Below, piece after piece: positions 9,486 to 19,759 of a DNA stretch of 64,000 nt. Position 1 is the stretch's first letter; every line of letters starts with the position of its first letter. The notes under the pieces were generated by a model. That model was not told where the DNA came from. It did not search any database and worked only from the letters and a program-made list of their open reading frames with translations. Source of the DNA: Sumerlaeia bacterium (GTDB lineage: Bacteria; Sumerlaeota; Sumerlaeia; MVZB01); contig JAWLCE010000001.1 of NCBI GenBank assembly GCA_041687335.1, positions 168,619-232,618 on the forward strand, read 5' to 3'. The position numbers were made by a program, and so were the translations under genes.

Positions 9486-10295
9486 ATGGCCACCGATCCA
9501 CGCAAGGTCGCATTTGCCGTCGCGGCGCATCCCGATGACATTGAGTTCAACATGGCCGGGACGCTGATGCTGCTCGGCCAGGCGGGTTACGAGCTGCATT
9601 ACATGAACCTTGCCGACGGCGCCTGCGGATCGCAGACGATGACTCGCCAGCAGACGATCCGGACGCGGCGAAGTGAGGCGCGGGAGGCCGCCCGGCTCAT
9701 CGGCGCGGTGCATCATCCATCGTTGGGAACTGACCTGGAGATCACCTACGAGCCGAGCCTGTTGCGCCGGCTCGGGTCGGTCATCCGCCGGGTCAATCCG
9801 ACGATCCTGCTGATTCCCGCGCTCTCGGACTACATGGAGGACCACATGATCACCGCCCGGCTGGCGGTGACGGCGGCCTTCGCCCGCGGCATGCGCAATT
9901 ACCCGGTCAGCCCCCCGGTCGCGCCGGTGGAGGGGGAGCTGGCGCTGTATCACGCCATGCCGCACGGCCTGCGCGACGGGATGCGGCGGCGCCCACGCGC
10001 CGGTCAATATGTGGACATCGCATCAGTATTGGAACGCAAGCAGCAGATGCTTGCCTGCCATCGCAGTCAGCAGGACTGGCTCGACACGAGCCAGGGGATG
10101 AATTCATATCTCCAGGCGATGACGGATCTGTCGCGGGAAGTGGGTCGGCTCTCTGGCCGTTTCAAGTATGCCGAAGGCTGGTGCCGGCACCTGCACCTGG
10201 GATTTTCGGCCAGGGAAATAGATCCGCTGGGGGAGGCTCTCGGGGCCAAAGTGATCGTGGATCAGCGATATGAAAAGTCTCTCGCCAAGTCATGA
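9486..10295 (+). CDS. PIG-L/LmbE-family N-acetylglucosaminyl deacetylase
   Basis: The AHPDDIEF zinc-binding motif typical of LmbE/PIG-L deacetylases is present. The ATG at 9486 lies 2 nt after the NagB-like stop. Confidence 0.75.
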   Translation: MATDPRKVAFAVAAHPDDIEFNMAGTLMLLGQAGYELHYMNLADGACGSQTMTRQQTIRTRRSEAREAARLIGAVHHPSLGTDLEITYEPSLLRRLGSVIRRVNPTILLIPALSDYMEDHMITARLAVTAAFARGMRNYPVSPPVAPVEGELALYHAMPHGLRDGMRRRPRAGQYVDIASVLERKQQMLACHRSQQDWLDTSQGMNSYLQAMTDLSREVGRLSGRFKYAEGWCRHLHLGFSAREIDPLGEALGAKVIVDQRYEKSLAKS

Positions 10296-10314
10296 GATAA
10301 GGAAAAGGAAAACG

Positions 10315-11841
10315 ATGGCGGTCATGGGGGTCGACATTGGCACGTCGGGCTGCAAGGCGGCCGTGTTCGATGACCGCGGCCGCCAGCTGTCGCGTGCCTA
10401 TCGGGAGTATTCGCTGATCCATGAGCAGCCGGGCTGGGCCGAGCTCGATCCGGACGAGGTCATGGACAAGTGCGTGGAAGTGATCCGCGAGGCGGCGCGG
10501 GCCGCACCCGAGCCGGTGGAGGCGCTTGCGATCTCGAGCCAGGGCGAGGCATTCACCGCCGTCGATGCACGGGGCCGCCCGCTCTGCCGGGCGATGGTCT
10601 CATCGGATGCACGCGCGGCGGATCTGGCCCGCGACTGGAGCGAGGTGTTCGGGCGGGAAAAGCTCTACCGGATCACGGGTCACACCGCCCATCCCTTGTT
10701 CACGCTTTTCAAGCTGCTCTGGCTGCGCGAGCGGCGGCCCGAAATCTGGCGCGCGGCGGCACGATTCCATTGTTTCGAGGACCTGCTGCACGCGCGGCTG
10801 GGGCTCGATCCGGCGATCGGCTGGTCGCTGGCGGGGCGCACCATGCTGTTTGACGTCAACCGGCATGAATGGAGCCGAGAGATCCTCGATGCGGTGGGCC
10901 TTGCGCCGGAGCGGCTTGCCCGCCCACTTGCCTCGGGGGCGATCGTCGGCACTTTGAGTGGGACGATGGCCGACCAGCTCGGTCTGGCTGCGGGCGCCAC
11001 GGTGGCAACGGGTGGACACGATCAACCCTGCAACGCGCTCGGCGGGGGGGGCGTGCGCGACGGCGTGGCGGTCTATGGCCTGGGCACGGTGGAGTGCATC
11101 ACCCCCGTCTTTGGGCAACCGGTGATGAGCCGCGAGCTGTTCGAGGCCAATCTGGCGACCTATGATCATGCCATTCAGGGGATGTATGCCACCGTGGCCT
11201 ACAGCCTGACCGGGGGCAATCTGCTGCGATGGTTCCGCGACCAGTTCGGCATGGAGGAGGCACGCGAGGCGGATCGCCTGGGCGTCAGCCCCTATGAGTT
11301 GCTGCTGGGGGCGATGCCGGCGGAACCGACAAATCTTCTGGTCCTGCCCTATTTCACTCCCTCGGGGACACCGTATTTCGATGCCAGCACGGCTGGGGCA
11401 GTCCTCGGGCTGCGGCTGACGACCACCCGCTGGGAACTGCTGCGCGCGCTGCTCGAGGGGGTGACGTATGAAATGCGGCTCAATCTTGAAATTCTGGGCC
11501 GGTCGGGGGTTGCGATCGACGAGCTGCGCGTCACCGGCGGGGGGGCCGTCAACCGCGCGTGGATGCAACTCAAGGCCGATATCATGAACCGTTCGATCGT
11601 GCGTCCTCGCGTGACCGAGGCAGGGTGCCTCGGAGTGGCGATGCTCGCCCGCGCCGCCCGTGACGGCGGCAACGTGCGTGAGCTTGCCGACGCCTGGGTC
11701 GAGCGGGATGAGGCGTTCCAACCCGATCCGACAAACGCCGCCCGATACGATGAGCGATTCGAGGATTACCGCAGACTTTATCGGGCTGTCAGGGACTTCG
11801 AGGCGGAGGGGCGGCGAAGCCGGCCGACAACCGGCCGTTGA
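10315..11841 (+). CDS. FGGY-family carbohydrate kinase (xylulokinase/glycerol-kinase-like)
   Basis: The N-terminus MAVMGVDIGTSGCKAAVFD (FGGY N-domain) and a C-domain with GGGA motifs are present. Roughly 500 aa. Confidence 0.8.
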   Translation: MAVMGVDIGTSGCKAAVFDDRGRQLSRAYREYSLIHEQPGWAELDPDEVMDKCVEVIREAARAAPEPVEALAISSQGEAFTAVDARGRPLCRAMVSSDARAADLARDWSEVFGREKLYRITGHTAHPLFTLFKLLWLRERRPEIWRAAARFHCFEDLLHARLGLDPAIGWSLAGRTMLFDVNRHEWSREILDAVGLAPERLARPLASGAIVGTLSGTMADQLGLAAGATVATGGHDQPCNALGGGGVRDGVAVYGLGTVECITPVFGQPVMSRELFEANLATYDHAIQGMYATVAYSLTGGNLLRWFRDQFGMEEAREADRLGVSPYELLLGAMPAEPTNLLVLPYFTPSGTPYFDASTAGAVLGLRLTTTRWELLRALLEGVTYEMRLNLEILGRSGVAIDELRVTGGGAVNRAWMQLKADIMNRSIVRPRVTEAGCLGVAMLARAARDGGNVRELADAWVERDEAFQPDPTNAARYDERFEDYRRLYRAVRDFEAEGRRSRPTTGR

Positions 11842-12198
11842 TCGTCCAGATCGTCGTGGGCAACATCGGGCGCTCGTAGTGCGCGGGCGCGAGCCGGCGG
11901 GGGAGAGCTTCTCGCCGGCGCAATACGTCATCGACCGCCCCTGCGTAGCCAGCTCGCTGATGAGCGTCGCGCATTCGCGGGTGCTCGGCTCGGAACGGCC
12001 TCTGAAACCGCCGGATGCGATGCGACACCCACAAGATGGGCAGCGGGGAATTAGGGACACCCCCTATCTTCGTGTTGGAAGACGCCCCGATAGCAAGATG
12101 AACGTTTATAAAGTCATACTTGTGTCCGAAAAGACTTTCCAATCTAGATCAATATTCCACCCACAGCGTGAAATGCAGTGGAAACGAAAGGTGAGAAG

Positions 12199-13203
12199 AT
12201 GACCAAGGTTGCGATCAATGGCATGGGACGCATCGGCCGCGCCACCTTCAAGATCCTAATGGAGCACGAGACGCTCGAGCTGGTGGCGGTCAACGACATC
12301 GTGCCACCCGACAATATCGCCTACCTGCTCAACTACGACACAGTCTACGGCCGGCTGAATCAGCCAGTCAGAGCCGAAGGCGACGCGCTCGTGCGCAATG
12401 GCTTCCGCGTCCAAATGCTGGCTGAGAAGGATCCCGCCAGACTGCCGTGGAAGGAATTGGGCATCGACGTGGTTTTCGAGTGCACGGGGATCTTCACGAA
12501 GACCGAAGACCTGAAGAAGCACCTGGAGGCGGGGGCGCAGAAGGTGATCTTGTCGGCGCCGGTCAAGGATGAAGAGACGCCGATGGTCGTGCACGGGGTC
12601 AATGACCCGAAGGAAGGGCTGCGCGTGATCAGTTGCGCGAGTTGCACGACCAACTGCATCACGCCGGTGATGGAGATCCTCGGCCGGCGGCTGGGGATTC
12701 TCAAGGCGACCATGACGACGATTCACGCCTACACCTCGACACAGCAGATTGTGGACGGGCCGAGCAGGAAGTGGCGGCGCGGCCGGGCCGGGGCGATGAA
12801 TCTGGTGCCGACCAGCACGGGCGCGGCCAATGCCACAACGAAGGCGCTGCCGCAGTTTAGCGGCAAGTTCAATGGCGTGGCGGTGCGTTGCCCGGTGCCG
12901 GTGGGTTCGGTGGCGGACATTGTGGCCGTGAGCGAGCGGGCGACCGACGTCCAGGAGGTCAACCGGATCTTTCGCGAGGAGGCAGAGAGCACACGCTACC
13001 GCGGCATCCTCGGCGTCAGTGAGGACGAGCCGGTATCATCGGACATCATCCAAGACCCGCGCGCCGCGGTGATCGACCTGGCGATGACACAGGTGGTGGA
13101 TGGGGATCTCATCAAGGTGTTTGCCTGGTACGATAACGAGTGGGGCTACGCCAGCCAGATGGTGCGCGAGGCTGCGCATCTGGCGCAGCTGCACAACGCA
13201 TAG
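12199..13203 (+). CDS. gapA: glyceraldehyde-3-phosphate dehydrogenase, type I
   Basis: NAD-binding motif VAINGMGRIGR and the active site SCTTNCITP are present. A Shine-Dalgarno-like GGTGAGAAG sits before the ATG at 12199. Confidence 0.9.
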   Translation: MTKVAINGMGRIGRATFKILMEHETLELVAVNDIVPPDNIAYLLNYDTVYGRLNQPVRAEGDALVRNGFRVQMLAEKDPARLPWKELGIDVVFECTGIFTKTEDLKKHLEAGAQKVILSAPVKDEETPMVVHGVNDPKEGLRVISCASCTTNCITPVMEILGRRLGILKATMTTIHAYTSTQQIVDGPSRKWRRGRAGAMNLVPTSTGAANATTKALPQFSGKFNGVAVRCPVPVGSVADIVAVSERATDVQEVNRIFREEAESTRYRGILGVSEDEPVSSDIIQDPRAAVIDLAMTQVVDGDLIKVFAWYDNEWGYASQMVREAAHLAQLHNA

Positions 13204-13541
13204 CTCATTTCGGCTGCAAGACAAATTTTCACCTGCTGTTGGGATTCCACCTGCATCGAGATGCGGAGCCGCTCCTTCACTGCCCCTGGTTGGGGGACAT
13301 GGGGACTCCTCATGCGTCAGAGGTGCTTTGGTTCAATACGCGCTTACCAGCCATCCAAGGTACGGATCAATCGGGGGTGCTGCAATCCATCACTCGCTGG
13401 AGCAGCATTTTGCCCGCGGCGGATAAGTCGTGGGCACCCCCTCGAGCCGCAGCACCCGAATTCCACCTTTACCTTTGCCGCAGTCATGGCCAAGATTGTT
13501 CGTACGCGGCAGACGCAAGATCCAAGTCGGAGCCATACGCG

Positions 13542-16500
13542 ATGGGAATGAAGCATTCACGAAGCTCGGGTTCCATTCATGCAGGTTGCTCAACATTTGC
13601 GCTCCTGACTCTCTACGGCCTGATCTTCTGCGCCGGTCTCTCCCTCCCTGCAAGCGCCGCCGATGAAGACCAGCTTCGCGAAGAGTTCATCCGCCCACCC
13701 GACAGCGCCAAGCCGCAAACCTGGTGGCATTGGATGAACGGCCACGTGACGCGCGAGGGGATTACGCGCGACCTGGAGGCGATGAAGCAGGCTGGCCTCG
13801 GCGGCTTTACCCTGTTCAATGTCTCCGAAGGCACGCCCGAGGGGCCGGTCGTCTACCTGAGCGACGAATGGTGGGAGCTCATGCGGCACACGATCGCCGA
13901 GGCGGAGCGGCTCGGGCTCGAAATGTCGATTGAGAATTGCCCCGGCTGGGCCACCACCGGAGGCCCATGGGTCACACCCGATCAGGCGATGCAGGAGGTC
14001 GTCTGGACCGAGACCCAGGTCACCGGACCGACGGTCTTTGAGCAGACCCTACCGATTCCGGAGCCGGCATTGGGACTCGAGCGCGACATGCGGCGCGATC
14101 CGATCGTAAACCGGCGGTACTATGTCGATCGCGAGGACGTCCGCGGATACTACCGCGACATCGCGCTAATGGCGTTCCCGACGCTGGCGAGCGACCGGGG
14201 CGAGGAGCCCTACCGGCTCGACAATTGGCGCGCCAAGGCGGGTTACGCCAAATTGACCACGGGGCATGAGCCCGATCCGCGGGAAGCCCCCGATGGTGAT
14301 GTAATCAAAATTGAAGAAATGATTGATCTGAGCGCTCACATGGACGCACAGGGGCGGTTGACCTGGAACGTGCCGCCCGGCGAGTGGACGATCCTGCGCG
14401 TCGGCTACCAGCCGACCGGGCGGCAAAACCATCCGGCCCCCCCGGCGGGGCGGGGGCTCGAGACCGATAAAATGACGGCGTCCGCGACCGACATGCATTG
14501 GGAACATGCGATTGCGCCGGTCATACGCGAGGCCGCCGGACGGGCGGGGCAGGCGTTTACCTGTGTCCTGATCGACAGCTACGAGGCGGGCCACCAGAAT
14601 TGGTGCCAAACTTTTGAGCGCGAGTTCACGCAACGGCTCGGTTACGACCTGCGCCGATACCTGCCCTCGCTGACGGGGCGCATAGTCAAGGACGTGCCGA
14701 CGACCGAGAATTTTCTCTGGGATTTCCGCAAGACGATCGGCGAGCTGATCGCGGAAAACTATTACGGCCGCTTTGCCTCGCTCTGCGAGCAAAATGGGCT
14801 GACTTTCATGTGCGAGCCCTATGGAATGTACGGCAACGCCAATGACTTTGCCGTCGCCGGCCTCGTCGATCTCCCGATGGCCGAATGGTGGGCTTTGCGC
14901 AAGTTGCCCATCTTCGACCCCACGGCCCGCCTGGCGGCATCCGCCGCACATACCTATGGCCGGACGATCGTGGGCGCGGAGGCATTCACCGGCCCGCCGG
15001 GGCGCATCTTTGAAACGCATCCCTACGCCATCAAGGCCCAAGGCGACCACTTCTTCTGCGAGGGAGTCAACCGATTCATCCTCCACACATTCGTGCATGA
15101 TCCCAATGGCCGATCACCCGGGTTTGGCCTTGGCCCCTATGGCTCACGCTTCGACACGCGCAATACATGGTGGCCCTTTGCCCACGGCTGGTTCGATTAC
15201 CTCGCGCGCTGCCAGTATCTGCTCCAGCAGGGTGAATTTGTGGCCGATATGCTTTATTTTGCCGGGGAAGATACTCCGCTGGCGGCCCGGTCGCGAGACG
15301 CGCTCGAGCCCGTTCCCCCCACCGGCTATCATTATGATTTCTGCAACCGAGAAATCCTTGAGCGACTGGAAGTACGCGATGGCCGGCTTGTCCTGCCGGG
15401 AGGGATGAGCTACCGCGTGCTGGTGCTCCCGCCCGCACGGTGGATGCGACCGGAGCTGCTGGCCCGAATTGAACGGCTCGTGCTTGCGGGCGCCACGGTG
15501 GTCGGCCCCCGGCCGCTCGGGGTGCCCGGACTCGCCGGCGGCACCGAGGCGGAAGCAGAACTGCGGAAGATCGCAGATCGGTTGTGGGCCGATTGCGATG
15601 GCCAGAACATGACGATGAAAGTTCATGGCAAGGGGCGGATTTATTGGGGACGGCCGTTGGAAGCGGTCTTAGGCGAACTGGATTTCCTGCCCGATTTTCT
15701 CGTGCCCACGGACGGTGACGGGATTGAATTCATCCACCGCCGGCTCGACGGCACTGAAATTTACTTCATTAGCAATCAGCAATCTCAATCGCGGACGATC
15801 GAGGCTCAGTTTCGGGTGAACGGCATGACGCCCGAGCTTTGGCACCCCGATAGCGGAGTCACCGAAGCCGCGCCGAATTTCAAACTCCTCCCCGACGGCC
15901 GGACGGCGGTCACACTCGAGCTCGACTCCTCGGGCTCGGGGTTTGTGGTTTTTCGGCCTTCCTTGAACGACGAAAGCGGAGTGACACCTCCAACGGTCAT
16001 GATCCCTGACGACGCGCCGCCGATTGAACTGGCCGGTCCTTGGGAAGTTTCATTCCCCCCCGGCTGGGGCGCGCCCGCGCGGGTGGAGCTGCCCAAGCTG
16101 ATTTCGTTGACCGAGCACGAGCATCCCGATGTGAAGCATTTCTCGGGGATCGCCACCTACCAGATCGAGGTGGAGCTTCCTGCGGAGCGCCTTGGCGCGG
16201 GTCGGCACCTGCGGCTCGACCTGGGAGAGGTGCAGGTCATGGCGGAGGTCGTGGTCAATGGTGAAAACCTTGGCGTGCTCTGGAAAGAGCCTTATTGCAT
16301 CGACGTGACGGCGGCGATGCGGCCCGGTCGCAATCAGTTGCAAATCCGCGTCGCCAACTTGTGGCTGAACCGCCTGATCGGCGATTGTCAGTATCCTGAT
16401 GATGGAGAGTGGACGGAAGATATCGTCAAGACCCCCGGCTCGGGCGAGGGGCTGGTGAGAATTCCTGAATGGGTCGTGAACGGCACCACCCGACCATCAG

Positions 16501-16661
16501 CAAACCGCAAGGCATATGTCACTTGGCGCTGGCCTCGCTTCGAAAATCGAAAACTTCTCCCCTCCGGCTTGATCGGACCGGTGAGATTGTTCGGTGAGGT
16601 CAAAGCGGGGGCACCGGCAGCCGGCGGCACTCAGGCAGCGATCAATTCAGATCGGTTATGA
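13542..16661 (+). CDS. large secreted glycoside hydrolase (family uncertain; GH2-sugar-binding/GH106-like architecture)
   Basis: A signal peptide (MKHSRSS...CAGLSLPASAADE) is followed by PQTWWHWMNGHVTREGITRDLEAMKQAGLGG, a motif I associate with GH106/GH2-like enzymes. The C-terminus has a galactose-binding-like region. The true start is the internal Met at 13542/13548, not the track start at 13140. Confidence 0.65.
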   Translation: MGMKHSRSSGSIHAGCSTFALLTLYGLIFCAGLSLPASAADEDQLREEFIRPPDSAKPQTWWHWMNGHVTREGITRDLEAMKQAGLGGFTLFNVSEGTPEGPVVYLSDEWWELMRHTIAEAERLGLEMSIENCPGWATTGGPWVTPDQAMQEVVWTETQVTGPTVFEQTLPIPEPALGLERDMRRDPIVNRRYYVDREDVRGYYRDIALMAFPTLASDRGEEPYRLDNWRAKAGYAKLTTGHEPDPREAPDGDVIKIEEMIDLSAHMDAQGRLTWNVPPGEWTILRVGYQPTGRQNHPAPPAGRGLETDKMTASATDMHWEHAIAPVIREAAGRAGQAFTCVLIDSYEAGHQNWCQTFEREFTQRLGYDLRRYLPSLTGRIVKDVPTTENFLWDFRKTIGELIAENYYGRFASLCEQNGLTFMCEPYGMYGNANDFAVAGLVDLPMAEWWALRKLPIFDPTARLAASAAHTYGRTIVGAEAFTGPPGRIFETHPYAIKAQGDHFFCEGVNRFILHTFVHDPNGRSPGFGLGPYGSRFDTRNTWWPFAHGWFDYLARCQYLLQQGEFVADMLYFAGEDTPLAARSRDALEPVPPTGYHYDFCNREILERLEVRDGRLVLPGGMSYRVLVLPPARWMRPELLARIERLVLAGATVVGPRPLGVPGLAGGTEAEAELRKIADRLWADCDGQNMTMKVHGKGRIYWGRPLEAVLGELDFLPDFLVPTDGDGIEFIHRRLDGTEIYFISNQQSQSRTIEAQFRVNGMTPELWHPDSGVTEAAPNFKLLPDGRTAVTLELDSSGSGFVVFRPSLNDESGVTPPTVMIPDDAPPIELAGPWEVSFPPGWGAPARVELPKLISLTEHEHPDVKHFSGIATYQIEVELPAERLGAGRHLRLDLGEVQVMAEVVVNGENLGVLWKEPYCIDVTAAMRPGRNQLQIRVANLWLNRLIGDCQYPDDGEWTEDIVKTPGSGEGLVRIPEWVVNGTTRPSANRKAYVTWRWPRFENRKLLPSGLIGPVRLFGEVKAGAPAAGGTQAAINSDRL

Positions 16662-16902
16662 CTGGTCTGGCAACCCCTCGCCGCCCCAGCCCCCTCACCC
16701 GTGTCCAACGGGATGCAGAGGCTTGGAGACGCAGAGGAAGTGCTTGGTCAACTCCGCTGCGGTGGGTTATGCTCTTGGACCGTGGCCCGGCCCGGGCGCG
16801 CCGCCAGATCTTTCTTGACCATGTCGATTGGTTTAATGAAGATTGATGAGCAGGGTGTGCGCTCGCCGCCGGCTGCAAACCCACAACCAAGGCAACCGCC
16901 CG

Positions 16903-18636
16903 ATGAGTTCCTCCCAGACCGATCAGACCCCCAGCAAAGTTGAGTTGATCAAGGCCCAGAGCGACGGGCTGGCCGGCGACATCGCCCAGATTCTCGCCGA
17001 TCCGCAGGTCTCCCACTTCGACGAGGACAACCTGCAGCTGCTCAAGTTCCACGGCAGCTATCAGCAGGACGACCGCGACCTGCGCATCCCGCGCAAGCGC
17101 GCCGGGCTCGACAAGGCCTGGATGTTCATGGTGCGCGCCCGCATCCCCGGCGGACAGTTGAGCGCCCGCCAGTTTCTCGCGATGGAGGAACTCGGCCGCC
17201 GCTACGCCAACGGCACCCTGCGCCTGACCTCGCGCCAGGGCATCCAATATCACGGCGTCGGCAAGGAGAACCTCAAGGCGATGGTCGCGGCGATCAACCA
17301 GGAGGCCGAGCTGACCACCCTTGGCGCCTGCGGCGACGTCAACCGCAACGTCATGTGCGACCCGGCGGCGCGGCTGGACTGGCGCGCGGGCCTGGCCATG
17401 CACGAGCTTTGCGAGCGCATCGCCCGCCACTTCGAGGCCCAATCCAGCTCCTATTGGGAGATCTGGTGCGACGGCGAGCGCGACGGCCAGCCGGTGCCCC
17501 ACAATCGCGAGGAGCCGATCTACGGCACCCACTACATGCCGCGCAAGTTCAAGATGGCGGTGGCGGTGCCCGAGAACAACAGCGTCCAGCTCTACAGCCA
17601 GGATATCGGCATCGAGGTGGTGCACGAGGGCGGCCGCCTCCTCGGCTATGACCTGATTGTCGGCGGCGGCATGGGCTCCTCCCACGGCAACGCCGCCACC
17701 TTCCCCCGGCTCGGGACGCGCCTCGTGCGCGCCAATCCCTCCGAGATCCTGGAGGTCGTCGAGGCGATCCTGACCATCCAGCGTGACTTCGGCGACCGCA
17801 GCGACCGCAAGCGCGCGCGCTTCAAGTATCTGGTCGAGGAGCGCGGGGCCGACTGGCTGCGCGGGGAACTCTTCCGCCGCCTCGGCCGCGAGCTGGCGCC
17901 CGCCGGGCCACTGCCCGCCTACGGCAACGACGACATGGTCGGCTGGCGCGAGACCAACGATGGCCGGCTGATGGTGGGGCTGCATGTCCTCAACGGCCGG
18001 CTGCGCAGCGAGGGGGAGAGTTCTCAGTTGGCGGGCCTGCGCCGCATCTTCGAGGCTGATCTTGCAGAGGGAGCGATGATCACCCCGTTGCAGGACCTGG
18101 TCTTGACCGGCATCGCCCCGGCCGACCGTGACGCCGTCGCGGCCATCCTCGGCGAGCACGGCCTCAGCGACGGCCAGAATATCTCGCGGCTGCGGCGGCT
18201 GTCGATGGCCTGCGTGGCGCTGCCCACCTGCGGCCTGGCGCTGGCCGAGAGTGAACGCTACCTGCCGACGCTGGTCGGCGAGCTGGAGGCGCTCGGCGAC
18301 GGCGATGCCCCCGTCCAGATCCTGATGACCGGCTGCCCCAACGCCTGCATCCGCACCCCGCTGGGCGAGCTGGCTCTGGTCGGGCGCGGGCCGGGCAAGT
18401 ATGCGCTCTCAGCCGGCGGCAGCCAGCAGGGCACGAGGCTCACCTTCCCCGTGCTGGAAAAGGTGGACGATGCCCAACTGGCGGGTATAATCCATCGGTT
18501 GATCGGCGCCTGGCGCGAAGAGACGCGCCAGGGCGTTCCATTTGGCGACTGGGCCGCGGCCCAGGGCGCCGAGGCGCTGCGCCGGCTGGCGGGTGAAGGA
18601 AACCAAGACTCCCATGAGCCCCTTCCAAATCCCTGA
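16903..18636 (+). CDS. cysI: assimilatory sulfite/nitrite reductase hemoprotein (CysI/Sir family)
   Basis: The N-terminal ferredoxin-like half-domain (LKFHGSYQQDDRDLR...RQGIQYHGV) and the siroheme/4Fe-4S Cys cluster (MACVALPTCGLA ... TGCPNACIRTP) are present. The antisense 505-aa ORF is a shadow. Confidence 0.8.
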   Translation: MSSSQTDQTPSKVELIKAQSDGLAGDIAQILADPQVSHFDEDNLQLLKFHGSYQQDDRDLRIPRKRAGLDKAWMFMVRARIPGGQLSARQFLAMEELGRRYANGTLRLTSRQGIQYHGVGKENLKAMVAAINQEAELTTLGACGDVNRNVMCDPAARLDWRAGLAMHELCERIARHFEAQSSSYWEIWCDGERDGQPVPHNREEPIYGTHYMPRKFKMAVAVPENNSVQLYSQDIGIEVVHEGGRLLGYDLIVGGGMGSSHGNAATFPRLGTRLVRANPSEILEVVEAILTIQRDFGDRSDRKRARFKYLVEERGADWLRGELFRRLGRELAPAGPLPAYGNDDMVGWRETNDGRLMVGLHVLNGRLRSEGESSQLAGLRRIFEADLAEGAMITPLQDLVLTGIAPADRDAVAAILGEHGLSDGQNISRLRRLSMACVALPTCGLALAESERYLPTLVGELEALGDGDAPVQILMTGCPNACIRTPLGELALVGRGPGKYALSAGGSQQGTRLTFPVLEKVDDAQLAGIIHRLIGAWREETRQGVPFGDWAAAQGAEALRRLAGEGNQDSHEPLPNP

Positions 18637-18661
18637 AGGCCCTTACGAGATCGATCAGGTC

Positions 18662-19759
18662 ATGGGGGAGATCCGCCGGCAGATCGTGGAGCCGGAGGGG
18701 TCTCCCCCCTCGGCTTTGGCTGACGCCGCGCCCGCCCCCCGCATCGATGACGGCAGCACGCGCGGGCGACTGGCCGCGTCGCTGGCCGACCTGAACCGCC
18801 AAGCCCCGCTGCACGCGCCCTACCGCGTGCGGTCGCACCGCCGTTGGTTGCGTGTCCTCATCGACCCGATCAAGCGCCTGCTCCACTGGGGCGCGAGCCC
18901 CTACACCGAGCTGGTCCGCGAGCGGCAGGCCGAGTTCAACCTGACGCTGGCGCAGGCGCTCACCCTCATGACCCGCCGCTTCGAGGAGATCGAGCAGACT
19001 CAGCAGCGGCTGCTCGGTCGCCACGACCTGGGCCCCTTCTTCAATTCCATTCAACCCGACGAGCGCCTCGCGGCCATCGATGTCACGCGCGGCACCTATG
19101 CGGACATTCAGGGGCGCCAGGAACGCTATGCCGATCTTTTCGTGGGCGCCCCCGGCCAGGTGCTCGACATCGGCTGCGGCCGCGGCGAGCTGCTGATGCG
19201 GCTGCGCCACCGCGGCATCGAGTGCTGGGGCGCCGAAATCGATCCCTTGATGATCGAGCAGGCCAGCCGGAACGGAACCCTAGTCCTGCAACTCGATGCT
19301 CTCGCGGCGCTGCGCTCGGTTGAGGATGCCCGGCCGCTGGGCGGGCTCTTTGCCGCCCAGGTCATCGAGCACCTTTTCCCCGGCGAACTGCTCGAGCTGC
19401 TGCGGCTGGCCCGCCAGAAGCTCGCCCCCGGCGCCCTGGTCATCCTGGAGTCGGTCAATGCCGGCTCGCTCGGCGCCATGGCCAAGTCCTTCTGGCGCGA
19501 CATCGACCACAAGCAGCCGCTCCACCCTGAGTATCTCAAGTTGCTGCTCGAGCTGGCGGGCTTTGAGCAGGTCGAGCTGGAATATCACGGCCCGTTCAAC
19601 CCCGAGGAGCGGCTGGCCGGCCTGCCCTCCGCCCGCGAGCTGCGCCTCTCGATCCCCGCCCGCGCGGCTCTCGAGCGTCTGGTCAACGATCTCAACGACC
19701 GCCTCTGGGGGATGCAGGATTATAGCGTCTACGCCAGGCAGCCCAGCAATCGCCCATGA
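18662..19759 (+). CDS. class I SAM-dependent methyltransferase with ~170-aa N-terminal extension
   Basis: SAM-binding motif I is VLDIGCGRGELL, followed by an acidic motif II (EHLFPGE) and LVILESVN. The start is ambiguous: 18614 overlaps cysI, 18662 follows it. Confidence 0.6.
   Translation: MGEIRRQIVEPEGSPPSALADAAPAPRIDDGSTRGRLAASLADLNRQAPLHAPYRVRSHRRWLRVLIDPIKRLLHWGASPYTELVRERQAEFNLTLAQALTLMTRRFEEIEQTQQRLLGRHDLGPFFNSIQPDERLAAIDVTRGTYADIQGRQERYADLFVGAPGQVLDIGCGRGELLMRLRHRGIECWGAEIDPLMIEQASRNGTLVLQLDALAALRSVEDARPLGGLFAAQVIEHLFPGELLELLRLARQKLAPGALVILESVNAGSLGAMAKSFWRDIDHKQPLHPEYLKLLLELAGFEQVELEYHGPFNPEERLAGLPSARELRLSIPARAALERLVNDLNDRLWGMQDYSVYARQPSNRP

Noticed and set aside
10600-12060. 486-aa minus-strand ORF overlapping the FGGY kinase gene
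   Set aside because: It overlaps a CDS with clear FGGY motifs on the plus strand. It is Arg/Pro/Gly-rich and lacks any recognisable family.
16662-16902. Possible promoter TTGACC…TAATGA upstream of cysI
   Set aside because: Spacing between the best -35 and any acceptable -10 hexamer is not 16-18 nt. Too weak to call.
16642-18159. 505-aa minus-strand ORF opposite cysI
   Set aside because: The plus-strand frame carries the sulfite reductase ferredoxin-like domain and siroheme Cys cluster. The antisense ORF is Ala/Gly/Leu-rich with no motifs.
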